Assembly: GCA_051294905.1 (NCBI GenBank)
Contig: CM119373.1
Location: forward strand, 35,278,001 to 35,342,000
DNA: 64,000 nt
Source: Botryllus schlosseri
Taxonomy: Eukaryota
Reading direction: 5' to 3'
The position numbers and the translations under genes were made by a program. Positions within the stretch are counted from its first letter, which is position 1; each line of letters starts with the position of its first letter. Below are positions 56,945 to 64,000 of this stretch, in pieces. Below the pieces are notes generated by a model. The model made no database searches. It had not been told where the DNA came from and saw nothing but the letters and a program-made list of their open reading frames with translations.

Positions 56945-59337
56945 GTGCAGATCAACGATCCTATTCCTGTTTGAATATTGCTCAACATTATTGAACCGCC
57001 ATTTTCTTTGAATTAATACTTCTCGTTGCATTTCGTTATTTCTTTCGTTTTATCGATAGTGATCAGAACTATTCTCATATGAGCTAGCTACCAGACATTT
57101 CAATTGTATGACATGGTTTTAGATTTGTGAAGGATCCCAATAGAAGGAGTAGTTGCATCCACATTTCCGCTCCTATCCAAACTCCACCTAATATGATCCA
57201 CTGTGATCCATTTGGTAAATTTTTATTTAATTCATGATGGCCTTGCCACTTCTATGTCAGTAATATGTTCATTACCGCATTAGCAGTAAATAAATCCGTG
57301 TTGATGTTTACACATCCCGTTCCATACATGAACATGTTTAAGTTGATTTATGCTATTATCTTCAACTGTGGTTTCTGTTTCTTACTGCATATTTGACATC
57401 TCGCCAGTTTCACATGTATTCGGTATGATTTATCATTATTCCACTTGACAGTTCCTTGCAGTATCATCCAAACTCCTGTAGCAAATCGATGTCCGCAATC
57501 TCAAAATATTTGAGAACAGTGTCTTCAAATCGTGATCTTTCTCAATAATCAAGACGCAAAATAGCAGTTTTTATGCATTCAATTACGGAAATGTATCTTT
57601 GTACTGATATAAGCTATTTGTCATGTACCATTGTGCAATTTGTAGAAATCACATAGTGACAACGCAAATTTATTTTATGCAGAAATGTAATCTTGCGCTT
57701 TGGATTGAATTTTACACCAAGTCTCCCCATTTTGCGTCACCCGAACACCAATTTAAAGCATAGATAGTAATTTTAAAATAGTCTTACCTCTATCATAGCA
57801 TACGCATAACATTGAATTGAGTTAGCTTGAAAAGGGTTGAATATATAGATTGAATCACGTACGAATACTCCAATATTGTGTCACCCGAACACTAATTTAA
57901 TGATAAGATATATTCTCTTACCTGTATCATGGCTTATGCATTACATTGAATTGAGTTAGCTTTAAAAGGGCATATATCTCCACAATATACAAACACAGCA
58001 GCCATAATCATTGACCTACACTACGAGTGGCATCTTTGTTTGTGAATAATGGATTAGCATTGTGATATCTGGTTTTCTTTAATCTTAATTGGTGACATTG
58101 TGATATCAGTTGTTATTTTTCTTAAGTATAATTTGTTAGTGGAAGTCGGGTACGTATCTTCTGGCTAAATCTGTGGCATTTGCTAATCTAGGACTGTTTC
58201 AACCAGTGCCGAAGTGAGAGTGAAGCAGGTAAGCTATAATAATCATGGTGCTTATGGTGCTGTAGTTTGCAGCGCTGCCGTTTGCAGCGCTGCCGGTACT
58301 GTAAAGTTAGCTTTATAATCCTAGCCCACTAGTCGACAATGCCTGTGTTTGACCTCCCTACTCCCTATGTAGGCCTATATGTAGTGACACAGGAAACTAT
58401 GGTCAACGGGCTTCTGTATCTTCTTTTGGTAAATTTGTACCAGTTCTTGCGTAATCTTGATGAGCTATTGAATCATTGCATCTCCTCAAAGCTGGGGTCG
58501 TAGCTGATATTTCTGTAAGGGTATGTTAATTATTTGGCTGCTAACGGCTATTGCTATTATTTTTACCTCCATTGTAATATACCAGATTCATAACCTAGAT
58601 TACGGTGCCAATTTTCACCTTGAGCAAAGGCTGGGCACAAGGATTTGAACACTCGAATCTGAATCAAGTAATAATACGGATGCAATCTAGTCGGGTAGCA
58701 TGATTTTATTTCGAGTACTGAAATTCCACTATCCCTGCTATAATGTGTTACTTTAGCAATGAATGTAAAGTTGATAGTAATTTCTAATGCTGAATGTTTG
58801 AAATCTCACTTATTTGTGTCACAGCAACATACCAAACGTTTAACATGTATTAGAAAGGTATAAATTGCCTTCATGTGGTGTCTAATTAGTATTACGGTAC
58901 TGAACCGTGTATACTTTACGGTAGCATGAGAGGTTCAAATTTAAATTTCCACATCTTTCGTACTGCTGTAACATCACAATGAGTGAAGCTAGATTACTCG
59001 ACTCGACTCAAACTCTAGTACTCGATTCACTCAAGTATTTGATTCTGGCTAGCCTTAGTACGAAATCAAGATGATTGTAAAAATGTATTAGTCCAAAACA
59101 CGCTTAGTTGTGTAAATTTTTGAATGACTATGTTCGTGAATTTGTACATGTTGATTTGAAGCACAGCTTTGGATTCCATGTTTGGACTGCAAACCATCGA
59201 ACTAGCCTTCTCTAAAAATCTGACCTTGTTTTCCTAAATCAAATAAGCTGTGCTCGTTGTATCATTTCAATTGTATCACCCTTCTATTTTCAGATGATAG
59301 TGTCGAGTTGAAGCTTTTCGTGTGATAAGATTCAATA

Positions 59338-61194
59338 ATGGATATTGTGAGCAGCTTGCCAGATGAAATGTGGTTGAAGATTCTCGAATACCTTCCACTG
59401 CATGACCGTTTTGAATGGGTCAAATTTACGAGCAAAAGGTTTTTTCACCTTGCTTGGGACATATCTGCAGTCCAAGATCTCGATTTTCACGGATGTAGTT
59501 ATGTATCGAGCGATCAGTTTTTGAAAATAATCAATCGTTCGAGGGACAGTGTGAGATTTTTGTCCTTTCGGGACTGTACTTGGTTGTCGAATCAAATCTG
59601 CACCACCGTGCCGAGATTGGAAAATCTTGTTACATTGGATATATTGGGGTGTTTCTTGAGTAGCGAAACATTACATGGTCTACTTGGTGCCGCATGCTCC
59701 TTAAAGAGATTGGCTCTATCCACTACGGAACTGGTCATGACAGATTTTTGTCGGTTGCAGTCAAAACGCAGATTGTCACTTCGAGTCTTGCATGTGGAAT
59801 TGCTTCACGATCCCGAAACTCTCTATGGTAGCGTAAACCAAACCATAACGGTGTTGAGTGATTTTATTAATACATGCTGTCACATGCCGCACTGCGTTTC
59901 AGTCCAAACGCCGAAGAATATACTTCTCGATGATTTTAAAAACATTATGATTGAGGCAAATCCTGCGATTGATCGTGACTCCATCCAAAGGGTGACGAGG
60001 GTAGCTTGTGATCATACTTATCTAAATCGGTTACTGATTGCCGTTGCTTTACATAGGGATGTGAGTTCTCTGTCGGTTGGTTGCTTAGATGAATCGCGAT
60101 TACTCTGCCTTCCTATGCAGATAAGACATGAGAACTTGCTCGCATCTGAACTACATACGCATTTTTTTTCCCCGCGGGACGAATATGTTGATGATCCAGA
60201 TTCTGCTGAGGCAGTTTTGTTAAATTGCTGGATCCCAAAACTGAGACATCTAAACATCGACAGATCTTGTAGTTTTGATTTTGGTGTCATTGATGCATCT
60301 CCTCGTATTTGCAAGAAACTACCAACTTTCACAAACCTTGTTGAGCTCAATGTATGTGGGCTGGATTTGCATGCTAACATGCTTCTATTAGCTATTATGG
60401 ATATGGAACATTTGAAGGGTTTGTCTTTTTCGCTCCATCTTCCTAAACAATGTGAGCTGGATCCAGAGCAGGATGTGTGGAATTATAAAACTGAGACAAT
60501 AGACGCCGATGAAGAAAGTTGCAGATATTCGATATTTTTGTCGAAATTGGTGAACAATTTCCCGGATTTGAAAAAGCTTGAAATGAAGTGTAGCGAACAT
60601 GCCCGAAAATTCGTTTCTGTCAGTGAATTGGAACCGATTGGGATGCTGGGCCAACTTCGCCATCTATCTCTACACAGCTTCATTTTGGACGATGTAGATC
60701 AGGTTGCACAAATCCTATCCAAATGCATGAAAATATCATCATTGGATCTTGGTCACTTTGAGACCGATGTTGCCCATGATTTTTCAGAGTGTTTTGCTTC
60801 GTTACGCCATCTCACTAATCTACGACTTGCCCATGATGACTTGGAGGGTGTATCGAAATTCCACGATTTGCACATGAGTAGCAATCTTCAAAGATTAACT
60901 TTTTATTCAGGGTCCACCTTGTCACCGGCGTGGATCGAGTCATTTCTGGGACCGGTTATTGCAACTTGCGATCTGTTCTGTATGTGCCATATCGAATGTG
61001 AAAATGTGAATGCGGCTGTGAAAAAGTTGATTGCAAAGTACCGGAAGCTTTGTGAATCAAAATATCGTAACAATGTGGTGTTGTCATGGAGTCATAATCG
61101 TGTCAGCGAACATCCAGTGTGTCAAAGTTGGCAGGCACGTTCGTACTCTACTGTTGCCACGTGCAGCCCTTTTGACTTCGTAAAGAGACCATGA
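59338..61194 (+). CDS. FBXL18-like: F-box/LRR protein (FBXL18-like), intact paralog, 618 aa
   Basis: Uninterrupted ORF; acceptor AG at 59292-59293. Confidence 0.92.
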   Translation: MDIVSSLPDEMWLKILEYLPLHDRFEWVKFTSKRFFHLAWDISAVQDLDFHGCSYVSSDQFLKIINRSRDSVRFLSFRDCTWLSNQICTTVPRLENLVTLDILGCFLSSETLHGLLGAACSLKRLALSTTELVMTDFCRLQSKRRLSLRVLHVELLHDPETLYGSVNQTITVLSDFINTCCHMPHCVSVQTPKNILLDDFKNIMIEANPAIDRDSIQRVTRVACDHTYLNRLLIAVALHRDVSSLSVGCLDESRLLCLPMQIRHENLLASELHTHFFSPRDEYVDDPDSAEAVLLNCWIPKLRHLNIDRSCSFDFGVIDASPRICKKLPTFTNLVELNVCGLDLHANMLLLAIMDMEHLKGLSFSLHLPKQCELDPEQDVWNYKTETIDADEESCRYSIFLSKLVNNFPDLKKLEMKCSEHARKFVSVSELEPIGMLGQLRHLSLHSFILDDVDQVAQILSKCMKISSLDLGHFETDVAHDFSECFASLRHLTNLRLAHDDLEGVSKFHDLHMSSNLQRLTFYSGSTLSPAWIESFLGPVIATCDLFCMCHIECENVNAAVKKLIAKYRKLCESKYRNNVVLSWSHNRVSEHPVCQSWQARSYSTVATCSPFDFVKRP

Positions 61195-62860
61195 CTGTGG
61201 ATGGTCCCATAACTTGACGTCATATTTCTGTTTAGAATTTTGTTTTTTTCAGTTTTCATCTGAACTTTGATTGATTTCATTTACCGGTACATCTTTCAAC
61301 TTATCCATAATGCTCAGAACCTCGGTCTTGCGGGCTAACTTCCCACCATGTCAATTGTATGACATACCGTAGTCCACAATTTAAGAAGGGTCCAAAGTAA
61401 AGTAGGTTGTTCGATAGAAATATCTACACCCCTCCTGATATCACAAAACATGATACCATGTCATCCACGTTGCCGATTTGAATTGAATTCCTGATGGTCG
61501 TGTTCATCTCAATGTCATTATTTATTCCTGCATTAGTAGAAAAATTGAATTCTGTTGATCATAAGGTAATAATAATTGTACACAATATCAGCTATTGCGT
61601 TTGTACATATTGCTGTCTTGAGGAAGGCTTCTGTAGCCTAAGCGTACATTTGACTTTCCGTTTTTTGTTTTACATACCTAAATGTCATTTTAGCTTTTAT
61701 CTCGCACTATTGACATATTCAACACCGATTTTGTTATCAGATGAATATGGTATAATATATTGGCATTTTCACTACCGTAGCTGCAAATAATTTACTGCCA
61801 TGCCATCATGTTGTATTTTTTCAGCACTGCTTTTGTTCCTCGATAAATTTTTGGATTACACTTCTGGATTTAGTTCGTTTGTTGCCATTATTGTACATAT
61901 GACTTGGCTTTGTTGCAATTCATACAAATGAACAGTTTTCAAGTTATCATCTGTATCGCCCTTCATTTTCAGATAATAGTTTTGTAGTGTTTACTTGTTA
62001 CCACACTTTCATCAGGCTGCAGCGTGGATCCAGTCATTTCTGGGACCTGTCGTTGCAACCTGCCATCTGTTATGCATGGGACCTATCGAATGTGAAAAGA
62101 TTTTCGCGAATGTGAGAAAGGTCATGGCAAAATACCGGAATATTTGCAAAACAAAGTATCGTAGCAGTGTGGTGTTGTCGTGGAAGGTGCAATGGTTATC
62201 ATCTCAGCCAATATCCAGTATGTCAATGTTGGCAATGAAGGTCATTTACAACTGTGGCCATATACTAACCTTTTGACTTCTAAATATGCCTCGGGTGCAG
62301 ATAATTGTATAATTGTAATTGTATAATTTGGGTTTTTGAATGACTATGCCCAAGAATTATTGTATGTTGATTTGGATTATAGCTTTGGATTTCATGCTGG
62401 GACTGCACACCATCGAACTATCCTTCTCTTAAAATCACCCTTTTCCCCCAATTCAAACAAGCGGTGCTCGATGTATCATTCGTATGGTATCGCTCTTCTA
62501 TTTTCACATGATGGTGTCAATAATGGATGTTGTGAGTAGCTTGCCAGATGAAATGTGGTTGAAGATTCTCGAATACCTTCCACTTCATGACCGTTTTGAA
62601 TGGGTCAAACTTACGAAAAAAAGGTTATTTCACCTTGCTGGAGACATATCTGCAGTCCAAGATCTCGATTTTCTCGGATGTAGTTATGTATCGAGCGATC
62701 AGTTTTTGAAAATAATCAATCGTTCGACGGACAGTGTGAGATTTTTGTCCTTCCGGGACTGCACATGGCTCTCGAATCAAATCTGCACCACCATGCCGAG
62801 ATTGAAAAATCTTGATACACTGGATATACTGGGGTGTTTCTTGAGTAGCGAAACGTTGCA
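59620..62860 (+). repeat. Segmental duplicate of about 8750-11990 (its 3' half is also repeated at about 44400-46110)
   Basis: Same order in all copies: gene body, spacer, collapsed relic, 230-nt gap, MDVVSS start. Confidence 0.88.
62014..62294 (+). pseudogene. Collapsed leader + C-terminus relic (third copy)
   Basis: Same junction as 11156 and 45262; acceptor AG at 61971-61972. Confidence 0.85.
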
Positions 62861-64000
62861 CAGTCTACTCCACGCTACGCGTTCCATAAAATGATTGGCT
62901 CTATCCACTACCGAACTGGTCATGAAAGATTTTTGTCTGCGGCAGTCAAAACACGAATTGTCACTTCTGGTCTTACATGTAGAATTGCTTCACGATCCCG
63001 GAAAACTCGGCTGGTTTGAAACCAGAACGGTGTTAAAGAATTTTATTAAGACATGTTGTTATTCTAAACCACATTGCATTTCAGTCCAAACTCTCAAGTA
63101 TTTGCCTTTAGATCGTTTTGAAGACATATTCATCGAGACAAATCTTGCTGTTCATAGAGACTCCACCCAGCGAGTGATGCGGGGGGCTTGTGATAAAGCT
63201 TACCATAATCAGATACTGATTGCAGAGACTTTACACAGATATGACAGTCCTCTGTCGGCCGGTTGCTTAGATGATGCCCGGGTGCTCTTTCTTCCTATGC
63301 CGGGATGGAGGCATGGGAGTATGCACGCATCATGTTATTGTGAAGGAATATACCTGCCTGTTGAACTACATGAACTGGAGTATCTTATTTGCTCACGGGA
63401 CGTATATGGTGATGGTACTAGTCCAGATACTGCTGAGGGAGTTTTGCAAAATTGTAGTATTCCGAAACTGACACATCGGGACTTGGGCAGACGGTGCGTT
63501 TCTTATTTTGGTCACGCCGAGGCATTCCCGGGTGTATGCAAGAAATTACCATCTTTCACAAACCTCGTTGAGCTTAATGTGTGTGGGCTGGATTTGAATG
63601 CTAACATGTTTCTATTAGCGATTATGGACATGAAACATTTGAAGGGTTTGTCTTTTTCGCTCCATCTTCCTATTCAATCTGATCCGGATCCTGAACAAGA
63701 CATAATGAATTTCACAACTAAGACATGAGACACGGATGAAAGTTGCAGGTATTCGATGTTTTTATCGAAGTTGGTGAAAAATTTCCCGGATTTGGAAAAG
63801 TTGGAAATAAGTTGTAGCATGGATGCCCGAAAATGCGTTGCTGTCAGTGATTTGGAACCGATTGGGATTCTGGGCAAACTTTGTTATCTATCTCTACATG
63901 GATTCATTTTGGACGATGTAGATCAGCTTGCTCAAATTCTATCCAAATGCATGAAAATATCATCATTGGATCTTGGCCACTTTGAGACTGATGTTGCCCA
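62523..64000 (+). pseudogene. F-box/LRR pseudogene, cut by the window edge
   Basis: In-frame nonsense codons AGA>TGA (62892) and GGA>TGA (63726). The leader acceptor is mutated to CAC (62505-62507). Confidence 0.88.

Noticed and set aside
62892-63728. In-frame TGA codons as selenocysteine, readthrough or an alternative genetic code
   Set aside because: They align to Arg and Gly rather than Cys, intact paralogs terminate at TGA, and other dead copies carry TAG, TAA and frameshifts.

Overview
AT-rich animal (probably invertebrate) genomic DNA; the species cannot be identified from the sequence. The window is a head-to-tail, all-plus-strand tandem array of a single-coding-exon F-box/leucine-rich-repeat gene. 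From recalled protein sequence it most resembles FBXL18. I count 18 copies or relics: 7 intact ORFs of about 618-631 aa (109, 4282, 8468, 32346, 42533, 55085, 59338), 5 long disrupted copies (11648, 16324, 21483, 45770, 62523) and 6 fragments, plus an orphan leader. The paralogs keep the F-box, the LRR scaffold and a C-terminal HPVCQSWQ..SF..VAT.SPFDF motif. Their central segments are hypervariable with in-frame indels, and several copies are recombinant chimeras. The spacers carry many transposons: an intact 4.6-kb Ty3/Gypsy element with identical LTRs, a 1.28-kb gag-only LTR element, a 4.3-kb CACTA/EnSpm-type element with a spliced second gene and an intronic 61-bp minisatellite, a nest of four hAT-type elements, further hAT-type MITEs, a hAT transposase remnant and a Tc1/mariner-like end. 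All family assignments come from motif recognition, not database searches.
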